This document shows, piece after piece, positions 26,821-40,252 of a stretch of 64,000 nucleotides of DNA. Under the pieces are notes generated by a model. The model did not search any database. It worked only from the letters and a program-made list of their open reading frames with translations, and was not told the DNA's origin. Source of the stretch: Felis catus (lineage: Eukaryota); the NCBI RefSeq assembly GCF_018350175.1, contig NC_058373.1, positions 107,262,001 to 107,326,000 on the forward strand, in the 5' to 3' direction. A program made the translations under genes and the position numbers. Within the stretch, counting starts at the first letter, position 1, and the number at the start of each line of letters is the position of its first letter.

Positions 26821-28424
26821 ATTTTTGAGCTTTGTCAGATGACTGGTTTTAGCAGAGATTGGATTTAACTTTAAGTGTAAAGCTGCATCTATACAATTTA
26901 AACCTGCAATCTTATAAATATATTATTTATAATATATATTATTTATATATGTTAAATCTGGACATAAAATGTAGAAATAAAACTTGAAAAAAAATTTTAA
27001 ATGACTGTCTTTAAATTTTCCAGTATTTGTTTTTGGTGATGTTCTAAGATGATGATTCAGTTAATGTAAAAGACTTGCGTATGTTAATACAAACTACTCC
27101 CTCCCCCCTTTTTTGGCACCCGTCTTGTTTTTCAGAATCTTTTTGAGAAACTTTCAGATACAGAACAAACAATAAATTACTGAATAGTTAATACTATTCA
27201 TTATATGACTATTTGGATTTCATTTTGGGGAGGTTTATTAATATAGTTTAATAATTTAATTATTAAAAACAAATGTATTGGGTAAATTCATGTTAGAACT
27301 TAAGATATATTACAGTTGACATTTGAAACAAAAAATAAATGTTCTTTAAGAAATAGGAAATGTTTTCAGATAATATGGGGAGAGTGTGGGGAATTACAGT
27401 TCAATAATAAAAACTAATGTTTGTAGGTAAATCAAGTTTGAGAGTTTCTGTTTTAATAAGTTGTTAAGGTTTGGGTTCAGAGATCTGTTTCTCTTATAGT
27501 AAACATTTTTAATATAGGAACAGATCAGGGAAATGGTTTCCATATGCTTCTTGAGGTGTTAACAATGCACTTTTGGATTGGGAATGCAATATAAACCTAA
27601 ACTACATTCTGGAAGGTGAGTGGAGGAACATTTCAATGGTAATATGTACAAGAAGCCCTTATGCTTTGTGGATTTGTGACTTAGGATTTTGTGAGTTTCT
27701 GGTACATACAAATTACTCTCCTACAAACCTGGAGTCTAACACACCTTGCTCTTTCTGGCCAGCTTATAGCCTTCATCTGGCCCAGTATTTTTTTACTACA
27801 GTTCATCCCTTTAAAATCTTTCTTAGATACCCATGCTTTTGGGAGAATTGAGGCCAGTTTTGGGACCTAATCTAAAGGGCATAAAATATATAAAACAAAG
27901 AGAATGGCTAGGGGAAGCAAAAAAATAAAAATAAAAAAAAATAAAATCCAAGGGTTAAATCATCTGTCAGACCTTTCTGAGATTTCTAGTGAACCTAGAG
28001 GCAAGAACAGTTAAGTTTTTGAATTCTGACTTTTTTCCTGCTTAAGACTGAGTATATAGTATTACTAGCTGTTTAGTAAGAACTCTAAAATATATCCACT
28101 TAAAAATAGAATGATTGTCCTTAATGGTATTTGTAATTTTGAAGAGTTGCATGTTTAATACTTTTCTTCTTGGTTGACTTTTAAAAGTCTTGGTTGACCT
28201 TTAAACTTTTTTTTTTCTTTTTTCCTTTTTTTTTGTCTTTGTAAGTGATACGATCCATAGAAACACAAAGAAAAATTCTCATAGGTTTTAGAGTTATATC
28301 TCTTAACAGGATTTTTCTAATCTTTCTGTCAGGATAAAAACAAAATCTTTCAAATGAAGGTAGGGCAAGAGGAGAATTAGAATATCCTAGGAAGGTTTTA
28401 AAAAGTACTATCATGCCTACAGAA

Positions 28425-28660
28425 ATGCTTACTGTGTCCTAGGCATAGTATGAATGCTCTTTATTCATTATCTCATTTAATCTTTATAATAAGTCTAATT
28501 GGTAGGTACTGTTAATATCTTCTTTTTATGGATATGGGAATTGAGGCTTAGAGACTTTAAGTAACTTGCCTAAGGTAACAAAACTAATAAATGTCTCAAC
28601 CTGGATTCATCTAGGTCTAATTGGTGACAAATCTCTGTTTCTAAATCACCATGCTATAAT
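28425..28660 (-). mobile_element. MIR SINE
   Basis: ggtaggtactgttaatatc...gggaattgaggcttagagac...aagtaacttgcctaaggtaac core. Confidence 0.8.
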
Positions 28661-29039
28661 TTACTTTGCACAAACCCCTTTTGTCTTTTTCTTCTGTATC
28701 AGAATGGGGGTCAATGGCAAGACATGTACATTTTCAAAAAGTTACCCTAGTTCCCAAGGCTATAATGTTGAGTTTACATTAAAAAGGTTTTTTTGCATAC
28801 AAAAATGTGCATATAACCTGTATAGCTTAATAAATAATAAATCAACAATTTATTGTTATAATATATAATATAATCTGTGTACCTACCACCTAGATTAAGA
28901 AATAGGATATTATAAAAAAAGAAATAGGATATTATTGATAACTTTGAAGATTTTGTCCTTTTTCCTTTTTTATTTTTTAAATATTTTAATTTTTAATTAA
29001 ACATTTTAAAATTTTAAATGTTTAGTTTTTTATTATGTT

Positions 29040-29965
29040 TTAAATTTTATTATTTTTTATTTATTTTCTTTAAGCCTTATGCTTCACGTGGGGCTTGAAC
29101 TCAAGACCATGACATCAAGAGTCTGCAGGCTCTACTGATTGAGCTAGCCAGGTGCCCCAAGTGTGTGTGTGTTTTTTTTTTAATAAATATCTATTCTTGA
29201 GAGAGAGAGAGAGAGAGACAGAGTGCAAGCAGGGGAGGGTCAGAGAGAGGGAGACACGGAACCTGACGCAGGCTGCAGGCTCTGAGCTGTCAGCACAGAG
29301 CCTGACGTGGGGCTCGAACTCAGAAACCGCTAGATCATGACCTGAGCTGAAATTGGACGCTTGACTGAGCCACCCAGTTGCCCAGGTGCCCCAAGTTTTT
29401 AATTTTAATTCCAGTATAATTAATGTATTATGTTATATTAGTTTCAGGTGTACAATATTGTGATTCAGCAATTCTGTATATTACTCAGTGCTAATCATGA
29501 TAAATTGTACTCTTTAATCACCATCACTTATTTCACCTATCCCGCCACCCACCTCCCTTGATAACTATGTTCTTTATCATATTTCCCCCTTCTCCCATAG
29601 AGATGACTGCTGCCCTGAATTTGTGTTATAATCATTCTTCCTTTTTTTCTTTTCTTAAAAGATAGTCCTGGATCTCTAAGCAGTATATTATTTAGTTTTG
29701 AATTTTATGTAAGTGTATGTATTATATATGTGTTCTTCTTTTTTCTTTAATTTTTATGTTAATGTTTATTTTTTGAGAGAGAGAGACACACACACAGAGC
29801 CTGAGCAGGGGAGGGGCATAGAGAGAAGGAGAAACAGAATCTGAAGCAGGCTCCAGGCTCTGGGCTGTCAGCACAGAGCCCAACACAGGGCTTGAACTCA
29901 TGAACCTTGAGATCATGACCTGAGCTGAAGTCAGATGTTTAACTGACAAGCCACCCAGGCACCCC
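29040..29965 (-). mobile_element. Three antisense Can-SINEs (~29040-29158, 29170-29390, 29740-29965)
   Basis: Head and GA-rich motifs. Confidence 0.88.
29395..29570 (-). mobile_element. Carnivore L1 extreme 3' tip
   Basis: aattccagtataattaat...ttatattagtttcaggtgtacaat, similar to 42356-42440. Confidence 0.7.
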
Positions 29966-30019
29966 TCTATGCCCATAGTTTTTATGTTTATTGCTAGTTG
30001 ACTATATAGTGTGTTATTA

Positions 30020-32135
30020 TGCCATCAAAGTGTCCAACTGAAAATAAAACATTACATTAAGAATGTATGTTATCTGTAGAAGCATATTCTAGTTGAAAGA
30101 TTAGGATGAAAGACAAAGTAGACTTAAGTGTAGCATCCATTCAAATGATTAGGAAGGTTCTGTCTAGTCTACTGAATTTAATGCACTGGGTTTAGGACTA
30201 GACCAAAGAAATCTGAGAATTCATTTTTATGGGCAGTAGCCCAGGGATTGCACATAGGCTTCAAGGTCTTTGCTGAACCTGAACTGATAATACTGGGTTT
30301 GATTCTTTATAAGAATCTGAAATTCATTATTTAGCCCAGTTTCTGCTTCATGCTCATTCTGCCCAGACACCTTCAGTGATTTAGTTTTGGCTGCAAATCT
30401 CTGAAGGATTTTTGGCCACAGGGTGTGATTTGACATTGAAACCTGGGACTCAAAGTGCAACTACCACCCCTGGTTAGAATGAGAGTGTATGAGAGTAAGG
30501 TAATAATAGAGTCTTGGCCCAGATCTAGCTCACAGTGGGTCTGTGTTCTCACCTGATAGTCATTTCCTTGGTTCCCAGATGTGTAATTAGAGTGGGCTTA
30601 CGTGGTATTTGGCAAAATACTCAAATTGTTTCCCTGACTGGTAGGATAAGGGCTGTCCTAGTAGGGTAAGGTCAAATGGAAGTCTCTAAAAACTATACCT
30701 TTCCCCATCCTGGAAAGGGCAGCAAGGGATTAACATATATTGAGGTTTGCTTTTTCTTGCTTATGGAGCCACAGCTAGCACCACTATCTGAGGACTTAAC
30801 ACTGTGTTTAACCCACCAATATAGTATTTTGAATATTATTGTCTCTTACCAGCAGTCCCACTTTATAGGAAAGTATATGTGACAGTGGGCCCAAGTTCAT
30901 GAATCCACTGGTCCTAATTCATAGAGCTCCACTGATACTACTCTAGGTTGATACAACAGTTGTAATGGGCTCATAAAGGTGCAGCTGAGAGGTACCAGAT
31001 TGGTGGTGATACTCTAAAAGAATGGGCACCATTCTCCAGGATGCTTTCTGTACCGTAAATATTAGATCATCATATGGATATGACCATTGGCTATTCCCTG
31101 TGGGTAAAATACATGGGTTCTAGAACCCAAGGATAGGAGGAGGAGTGGCTTCTCTTACTATTGTACCCAGTTATTACTTGTGCTTTCCATCCATGTAACT
31201 TTAGGCCGTTGTGAGCTTAGATTTAGGTCCTTGTTTTCAGAGGTAGAAATGTCCCACTAGGGGAGTAAGAGCTCCATTAAACTTTAAACCATACCTGCTG
31301 TTTGGTTACTTTGGATTCCTTAGGTGAAAAAGACACCAGGGAAGAAAAGGAGTCACATTCTGGCAAGAGTGATTGACTCTGATCATCATTACAATGAGGG
31401 CGGGGTAGAATATGTCTGGCACTCACGGGATCCACTTGAGTGTCTCTTGGTGCTCCCAATTCCATTATTATAGGAAATGTATAAGTACATTGCTGTGTAG
31501 AAGGAGGAAAGGGGTGGAAAAAAATTGACTTTCTGCATTTAACTACAAAAAAAAAAAGTTTATGTTTAGTTTGGTAGAGGTGTTATGTATAATGCTTTGT
31601 TAAAGAATCCCCTTTCTGCACCACTGGTGAATAGGGATTGATGAATGGGAAGAGTTGAGTCAGATCAGTAAGCTCATTCTGGTTTTCTTGGATATGTTCC
31701 CATGTAGGAGGTAAAACCAATTCTGGAAGTATCTGTGAGCTTCCATAAATAACTTTAATTTTAGCCTAATGATGGCCTTTAAATAAGTAGCTATTAAATA
31801 ACATCAAGTAACATCTGTATCAGACCCTAAGGCCCTAAGGTTGTTAGGCACAACCTAAACAGAGAATGGTAACCAGGGGTTCAGATCTCTTAAGAGATGA
31901 GGGTCTGGGTGACATTGTTGGCAAGCTGCCTAGATTAGCCGAGGTGCTAGTAGAGGGTAGGGGAAACTAGAGTGGGATGATGAGGATCAGTTATGGCTAG
32001 GAAATCAATGGCAGCATTGAGGCTGTAGTTTGTCCCTTTCTCTAGGAAGGGACATAAAAATAAAATAAGTAGAATCCTTAAGAGCTGTTCCCAGCTAGGG
32101 TGAACTTATCTAAGAAGCAAGCATATTTGCATGGT
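30020..32135 (+). mobile_element. ERVL-MaLR internal sequence remnant
   Basis: Higher-GC block with MLT-int-like motifs (gggcaccattctccaggatgc; aatacatgggttctagaacccaagg; ggagtggcttctcttactatt); no intact ORF. Confidence 0.55.
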
Positions 32136-32139
32136 ATAA

Positions 32140-32800
32140 TTTTCCCGTTCATATACTCCACACATTTTTCTATAGCATTGTTTGTGTTATTGATTTATAG
32201 AACCTCTTCGTATAGTCTGAATATTATCTTTAATGTATGACGAAAAAGTAATTTCTTTGTATGTAGTGAGTCTTTTTTAGCACTCCCCATGTAGAATTTT
32301 TAATTTTGATAAAATGAAATTTATTGGTCTCCTTTACATTGTTTAAGTTTTTTAGTCACTTTTAGGAAATCCTGCTCTGATGTCATAGTTATCTTATAAT
32401 TTCATTTATGTATATATGTATCTATGTATATAGGCTCCATGCCCAGTGTGGAGTGCAATGCTGGGCTTGAACTCATGGCCCTGAGATCAAGACCTGAGCT
32501 GAGATCAAGAGTCAGACACTTAACCAACTGAGTTGCCCAGGCGCCCCTTATAATTTCTTAAATTTAAAGTTTTCAGTTTCATGTTTAGATCATTTATTTA
32601 TTCATATGGAACTTCTTTTTGTATATAGTTAGTGTAAGAGTTAGGGCTCTAGGTCTGCACTTTTTCTTTCATGTAGCGAGTCAGTGATGTCTCAACCATT
32701 TATTGAGTAGTCATTCCTATCCACATTGATTTGTAATATGACTTCTTCCCTATGCTGGATTCCCATGTATATATGGAATTTTTTTTTTGTATTGTCTGTT
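32140..32800 (-). mobile_element. Degraded L1ME-like fragment
   Basis: Weak antisense ORF2-end motifs (caaccatttattgag; ttaattttgat). Confidence 0.5.
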
Positions 32801-32939
32801 TTTTTTTTTAACTGAAGTATATTTCATCCTTGAAGTGTGCTGATATATGGGTGGTACATGGGTCTATAGACATCTTTATGGGATGTCAATTTTACCTAAA
32901 GAACATGAAAAAAATTTTGGATAATTGAATTACTAAGTA

Positions 32940-33167
32940 ATTTTTTTTTTAAAATTTTTTTTCAATGTTTTTATTTATTTTTGGGACAGAGAGAGACAGA
33001 GCATGAACGGGGGAGGGGCAGAGAGAGAGGGAGACACAGAATCGGAAACAGGCTCCAGGCTCCGAGCCATCAGCCCAGAGCCTGACGCGGGGCTCGAACT
33101 CACGGACCGCGAGATCGTGACCTGGCTGAAGTCGGACGCTTAACCAACTGCGCCACCCAGGCGCCCC
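32940..33167 (-). mobile_element. Very young Can-SINE (SINEC_Fc type)
   Basis: Near-identical to 7726-7974 and 34399-34616; perfect TSD actaagtaattttt. Confidence 0.95.
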
Positions 33168-33659
33168 ACTAAGTAATTTTTAAAGACATTTTTCAATGAA
33201 AATAAATAGGATTGTATTATGGAGACAAATTGAACATTTATGAATTTTTAAGATAAAACATGGTAATTCAAAGAAATACCTTCTAGGAGACCATTTGAGA
33301 CTTTAAATTAAAATTTAATTTAAAATTTAAAATGTCCCCAGTCTTCCAGGAGGTACATTTTTCTCTGTCCTTTGAGAATACTTTGGTGGGGAAGGGTGAA
33401 AGACTACCTTACACCCTTACATAAACTCCTTTTTCCTGAAGTGTTCTGTTTATTGATCTGTGTAGAAATTGTGAGTATTGATACCTTTGTTCTTGTGCGA
33501 TTTCGATCTGGAATGTCATCCTTCTTTTGTACTTCAAGGCCATCAAATTCTTCAAGTCCCACTTATATTCAGCCTGTTTCCTGAGTCCTTTCCTGACAGT
33601 AATCCTTGATACTGGCTTTTGGTCCTTATTGGTTATTCCTTGTGTTAAGTACTAGTTTC

Positions 33660-33881
33660 AAAAAAATTTTTTTCTTTAATGTTTATTTGTTACTTTTGAG
33701 AAACAGAGAGAGCATGAGTGGGGGAGGGGCAGGGAGAGAGAGGGAGACACAGAATCTGAAGCAGGCTCTAGGCTTTGAGCTGTCAGCACAGAGCCCGATG
33801 TGGGGCTCAAACTCACAAACCATGAGATCATGACCTGAGCCGAAGTTGGATGCTTAACCAACTGAGCCACCCAGGCACCCC
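33660..33881 (-). mobile_element. Can-SINE
   Basis: TSD taagtactagttt. Confidence 0.93.
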
Positions 33882-33899
33882 TAAGTACTAGTTTTAATA

Positions 33900-34150
33900 G
33901 CTAAAATTTATTGAGAGTGTATTATGTGTCTGGTATATTTCTAATATTTTCCCCGTATTAACTGATATAAATCTTACCAACTTCATGAGTCAAATCAATT
34001 TTCCCCCTTCTCCAACAATCTCAACACCTGGGAGGTATTATTTTTCTTTTTCACAAGGAAATTGAGGCATAGTGAGGGTTAATAGTTTGTCTAGGGTTGC
34101 AGGCCTAGCAAATGACTAAAGAAAAGGAGGTAAAATGGCTCCATTATTGA
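33900..34150 (-). mobile_element. MIR SINE (interrupted)
   Basis: atttattgagagtgtattatgtgtctgg; ggaaattgaggcatagtgagggttaa. Confidence 0.65.
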
Positions 34151-34398
34151 TGCATTTAACCATTATGCTCTCCTCCCTTCCCAGTTGCTTAATAAATAAT
34201 TAATTGTTCAAGGACTGAATCCACTATTTTGACACTTAGCCAACACAAACTTGTGCTGTTGTTTTATGGGTGTGTCCTCTTGCCTAACTACGTAATACAT
34301 CCATGAAGGTAGGGATCAAATATTATACTTTTTTATAATGTAACTTTGTACTTTAGGTAGATCCACTGCATATAATAAGTACCTGGTAGATGTTTATT

Positions 34399-34616
34399 TT
34401 TAAATTTTTTTTTTCAACGTTTATTTATTTTTGGGACAGAGAGAGACAGAGCATGAACAGGGGAGGGGCAGAGAGAGAGGGAGACACAGAATCAGAAACA
34501 GGCTCCAGGCTCTGAGCCATCAGCTCAGAGCCCGACGCGGGGCTCGAACTCACGGACCGCGAGATTGTGACCTGGCTGAAGTCGGATGCTTAACCGACTG
34601 CGCCACCCAGGCGCCC
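34399..34616 (-). mobile_element. Young Can-SINE (SINEC_Fc type)
   Basis: Perfect TSD cctggtagatgtttatt. Confidence 0.95.
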
Positions 34617-35200
34617 CCTGGTAGATGTTTATTGATAAGGGTCTGATAGTGACGTAAACCTTATAATTCATTGTCAAATGGATCTAAGCATTTTCATACT
34701 AAGTAGTCATCTGATGGCTTGGATACTCTAGCATCACAGATAACGTTGAGATTTCCTGGTTCTGGGGCTGTAGGGCTTGGCTAGATCTGGAGAATTACAT
34801 TGGTAGAAAGGTATGCCTAGGAATTAGATTTCTGGCCTGAACTTAAATTACGACCTTTGACAAGTCATTTTGGTTTATCACCTGTAGAAAGGGGAAAATC
34901 TAACTTAGCCTTTATTTTTTTAATCATGGTCTTTGTATATCTTTTAAGCTTCCTGGAAGAAAAGTTGTATGCATTCAAAGTAGTATCATATTCTCATTCT
35001 TAGTTGTAATAACTTCTATACCATTATGTTGGTACATATTCAAAAGGGTGTATTATCAGCATAGCTATGCTTTTATTTTTAGAATGAGAAATTTAAGATT
35101 AAGAAACAAAGTTCTTTTTTGGGGGGGTTTGTTTTGAGAGTGCATTATGAACACATGCAAGCAGGAGAGGGGCAGAGGGAGAGGAAGAGAGAGAATCTTT

Positions 35201-36452
35201 TTTAAATTAAAAAAAATTTTTTTTACTTTAAATTTTAGCTAACATACAGTGTAATATTGGTTTCAGGAATAGAATTCAGTGATTCATCACATACATACAA
35301 CACCCAGTGCTCATCACAAGTGTTGTCCTTAATATCCATTACCTATCTAGCCCATCTCCCACCCACCTCCCTCCATCAACCCTCAGTTTGTTCTCTGTTA
35401 AGAGTCTCTTGTGGTTTGTTTCCCTCTCTCTCCTCTCCCTTCCCCCACCTGCATATGTTCAACTGTTTTATTTCTTAACTTCCACATACAAGTGAAATCA
35501 TATGGTATTTGTTTTTGTGACTGACTTATTTCACTTAGCATAATACATTCAATAGAGCTCTGTCCATGTCATTGCAAATGGCATGATTTCATTTTTTGTG
35601 ATGACTGAGTGATATTCCATTGTACGTATATACCACATCTTCTTTATCCATTCATCAGTTGTTGGACATTTGGGCTCTCTCCATAGTTTGGCTATTATTG
35701 ATAATGTTGCTATAAACATTGGGGGTGCATGTACCCCTTTGAATCTGTTTTTTTGTATCCTTGGGGTAAGTATGTAATAGTGCAGTTGCTGAATCATAGA
35801 GTAGTTCTATTTTTAGTTTTTTGAGGAACCTTCATACTGTTCTCCAGAGTGGCTGCACCAGTTTGCATTCCCACCAACAGTGCAGAAGGGTTCCCTTTTT
35901 TCTACATTCTCACCAACACTTGTTACTTCTTGTCTTTTATAATAGTTATTCTAACAGGTGTGAGGTGGTATCTAATTATGGTTTGTATTTCCCTGATGAT
36001 GAATAATGTTGAGCATCATTTCATGTGTCTGTTAGCCATCTGGATGTCTTCTTTGGAAAAGTATCTATTCATGTTTACTGCTCATTTCTTTTTTTTTTTT
36101 TTTTTTTTTGTTAACATTCATTTTTGAAAGACAGAGACAGAGTGCAAGAGGGGGAGGGGAAGAGAGAGAGGGAGACAGAATTTGAAGCAGGCTCCAGGCT
36201 CTGAGCTGTTAACACAGAGCCCGACTTAGGGCTCGAACCCATGAACCATGAGATCATGACCTGAGCTGAAGTCGGATGCTTAACCGACTGAACCACCTAG
36301 GTGCCCCAATCCTGCCCATTTCTTACCTGGGTTATTTGTTTTTGGGTGTTGAGTTTGATAAGTTCTTTATAGATTTTGGATACTAAATCTTTATCAGATA
36401 TGTCATTTGCAAATATCTTCTCTCATTCTGTAGTCTGCCTTTTAGTTTTGTT
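35201..36452 (-). mobile_element. 5'-truncated carnivore L1 inserted inside a Can-SINE, itself holding a SINE at 36088-36307
   Basis: ORF2 C-terminal peptide MFIATLSIIAKLWREPKCPTTDEWIKKMWYI; TSD gaagagagagaatcttt (35184-35200) / gaagagagaaggaatcttt (36453-36471). Confidence 0.9.
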
Positions 36453-37647
36453 GAAGAGAGAAGGAATCTTTAGCAGGCTGCATACCCAGCACAGAGCCTG
36501 ATGCAGGGCTCGATCTTAGGACCTGTGAGATCACGATCTGAGTTGAAACCAAGAGTTAGATGCTTAACCAACTGAGCTACCCAGGCATCCCTGTACCAAT
36601 TTTTTAAAATGCTGAAAATAATACATTTTTACTGGGCAAAATTACGATATTCTACAAACTTTTGAAGAGATGCTGGGGGACTATGTCTTATTATTATTTG
36701 TATACTCCATCTGTCATAGAGCCTTATCATATCCTTATAATACAATATTATATATTATATTATTCTTTTTTGTTGTTTTTTTTTGTTATATTATTCTTGA
36801 TAGAATTAAAGTGTTAAGGAAAAGTCCGTACCATATATAAAGTTTGAAATTATAGTGATATAGAAAAGTTAAACTGATAAGCATCAGTTATATTGAAAGG
36901 AAATTGTATGCAATTTTGGAAAAAGAAAAATTAACAGCCTTTGTAACAACTCAAGCTATCTGGAATGATCAAACTTGGAAGAAACCTTAAATATTTTATA
37001 AAGGAGTATTCAAGTTTCCCATATAAAGGACAGTTAGAACAGCAACTTATGTTTTCTGGTTGCCAATGTAGGTCTAATTAAATCATCATGTCTTTAATAA
37101 GAGACTTTTATGTGGTCAGGCATAGCTTTATCTTTTTAAAGAAATGTATTCTAGAGTACAAGAGTTATATTTGTAAGAAAAATAACTTTTTGTGGTAATT
37201 GCTGGATTTATCATTTAAGGAAGTGTATTCTAGGAAAAAAAACATTTCTGCCTTGATCTTAGGGTATGTAGGTAGTTTTTCACAGTGCTTTCACATATGT
37301 CTCTCATTTGAGTAACATTTCTGGGAGAGAGTTAATTTAGCTATTATTGCTTTTATTGGTAAGAGAATTGAAGACAGTTTGTTTTTGAAAGGTCATTTAG
37401 GTAGTATATAATTTTAGATGCTTTTGTTTGTAAATAATAGGAAACTCAACTCAGACTATCTTAAAGAATTTATTGACCTGTTACTGACAAGTACAGCCAG
37501 TAGATTAGGATTGATCCAGTAGTCCAATAGTATAACCATTGTTTTGTTTTCTTCCTATATCTTGATTTCTGTTTTCTCTTCACAGTGCTAAGTTTGCATC
37601 TAGGTGAATAAAATGGATGCTTTCTTTTATAGGCTTAGAGGGAATGA

Positions 37648-38190
37648 CAGAAACCCAAAAAATACAAAAACACTAATTTGAAAGGATATGTGCACCCATA
37701 TGTTTGTTGCAGCATTATTTACAATAGCCACATTATGGAAGCAGCCCTAGTGCCCATCGATAGATGAATGGATAAAGATGTGGTATATGTATACAACAGA
37801 ATATTACTCAGCCATAAAAAAGAATGAAATTTTGCCATTTGCAACAATATGGATGTAGCTGGAGAGTATAGTGCTAATCAAAATAAGTCAGAGAAAGACA
37901 AATACAATATGATTTTACTCGTATGTGGAATTTCAGAACCAAAACGAATGAATAAAGGAAAGAGAGAGAGAAACCAAAAAACAGACTCTTAATTATAGAG
38001 AACAAACAGATGGTTAACAGAGGAGAGGTGGGTAGGGAATGGGTGAAATAGGCAAAGGGGATTAAGAGTACACTTATCTTGGTGAGCACTGAGTGATATA
38101 AATAATTCTTGAATTACTGTATTGTAAACCTGAAACGGATAGTAATACTACATATTAACTATACTAGAATTAAAATTAAAAAGAAAAATA
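37648..38190 (+). mobile_element. L1 3'-end fragment in sense orientation
   Basis: gatatgtgcacccatatgtttgttgcagcatt...gatgaatggataaagatgtgg L1 ORF2 end, 3'UTR and A-rich tail; flanks agagggaatg / aaagggaatg. Confidence 0.88.
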
Positions 38191-38569
38191 AAGGGAATGT
38201 TGGAAAGCTTTTTTCCTTGCTTTTCTCTCTCCTCGTATCTCATTGGGACATAGTAGGTTGCTTGCTTATCCTGATTGTTAAAGAGGATTTACTGTAAAGA
38301 TTTACTGATCGGATTAAGCCAGTCAGTGAGCACCTCTTGATTTGGGAGTGAGATCACATTCATCCAAATTGTTGACTGGGAAATTTAGTTTTATTCGTTT
38401 ATAATTGGAGAAGTTTGCCTTGATATCTGGAGAGGCAAACAAAAGATACCTCTTCTGCGAAAGCTAATGTTAGAGTAAGAATCCAGGTTTTCATTCTTTG
38501 TTGAAAATGATAAATGAATACATAAAACTTGACCTTATTCTAGGAACATATAACTTCAGTTTCTAAATT

Positions 38570-39250
38570 TTTTTGATATGAAATTCATATTGCATAAAAT
38601 TAACCATTCTAAAGTGAGCAATTCAGTGCCATTTTATATCCACCACCTCTGTCTACTGCCAAAACATTTTCATCACCACAAAAGAAAACCCTCTATACCC
38701 ACTGAGCATCACCACAAAAGAAAACCCTCTATACCCACTCTCCATTTTTCCCTCCTCTCCAGAACCTGGTAATGGCCAATCTGTTTCCTGTCTCTGTGAA
38801 TTTACCTATTCTGGATATTTTATATAAATGGTATCATATAATATACAACCTTTTGTGTCTGCCTCCTTTCACTTAGCATGATGTTTTCAAGGTTCATCCA
38901 AATTGTAACATGCATCGATATTTCATTCTTTTTTATGGCTGAATAATTCCATTGTATGTATATACCACAGTTTGTTTCTCCATTCATTCATATGTTGGTA
39001 GACATCTGGGTTCTTTCCTCCTCTTGGTTATTGTCAGTAGTACTGCTACAAACATGTTTGTATGTGCATTGGATTTAGTACTTATTTTCAGACCTTTTGA
39101 GTATATACCTAGGAGTGGAATTGGTGGGGAATGTGGTAATTCTATGTTTAACTTTTTGATAAACCAACAAAATGTTTTCCACAGCAGCTGAACCATTTTT
39201 CATTCCTACCAGCAATGTATGAGGGTTCCAGTTTCTTCATATCCTCACCC
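38570..39250 (-). mobile_element. L1MB-like 3' end
   Basis: Typical antisense L1MB 3'UTR (gatatgaaattcatattgcataaaattaacc...) and ORF2 tail peptide at 38984-39196. Confidence 0.8.
38671..38739. repeat. Direct duplication of 33 nt with GAG spacer
   Basis: catcaccacaaaagaaaaccctctatacccact x2. Confidence 0.95.
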
Positions 39251-40034
39251 AGGGAGAGAGAGTGACAGAGGATATGAAGTGGGCTCTGCACTAACAGCAG
39301 CAAGCCCTGATGTAGGGCTTGAACCCATGAATTTTAGGTTAAGAATACTGCACTGTGGGCATCTAACTTCGGCTCGGGTCATGATCTCACAGTTTGTGAG
39401 TTTGAGCCCTGCATTGGGCTTTCTGCTGTCAGCACAGAGCCCGCTTTGTATACTCTGTTCGCCCCACTGCTCCCCTGCTCCCTCTTTCTCCCAAGAATAA
39501 ACATTAAAAAAAAAACTGCACTGTTATTCACTGGTGTTTTATGTCGAATGAGTAGTAAATTTTGTTTCACCTTAAAGTTTCAGAAAGCTGTTTTGTACTT
39601 TGTCATAAAAATAATGCTTCATATTTGAAAATAAACAGGTCATTGTTAATATTCAGATTATCTTTAGAATTAATTCCAAAACAGCAGTGAGCAAGTGTGA
39701 AGAAATAGTTCATTTTATCTTAAATTCTTGAAGATCACAGTGGTTTTATTTTTTTTTTTGCCAACTATGGTATCTTTTTGAAAGAAACAAATTTTTCTTC
39801 AAAATTATGATAAGGTAAGCCCAGGTGTCAGCTACAACCTTACTGAGGTTTTCTTCTTCATGCTGAGTTCTAACTTCTTAGGTATTTCCATCCTTAGCAT
39901 AGGTCTTTGTATGAAAAAAAATTTTTAATTCTGTTGGCTATATATATTTGAATAATTGGACAAATCACTAAGCTAGTTTTTATTAATGGAGTTAGTAAAC
40001 TTATCCTCTCATATTCTAACAAGAATACTTATCA

Positions 40035-40252
40035 GGGGGTGCCTGGGTGGCTCAGTTGGTTAAGCGTCCTACTTCATTCAGCTCAGGTCATGATCTCGCC
40101 ATTTGTGGGTTTGAGCACTTTGTCACGTTCTGTGCTGACAGCTCAGAGCCTGGAGCCTGTTTCAGATTCTGTGTCTCCCTCTCTCTCTGCCCCTTTTTAG
40201 CTTGTGCTCTGTCTCTCTCTCTCTCAAAAATAAATAATAAACATTAAAAAAA
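40035..40252 (+). mobile_element. Can-SINE
   Basis: TSD aatacttatcag. Confidence 0.93.

Noticed and set aside
30020..32135. Intact endogenous retroviral gene
   Set aside because: No ORF over ~80 aa and no recognisable RT/env motifs; decayed MaLR-like remnant only
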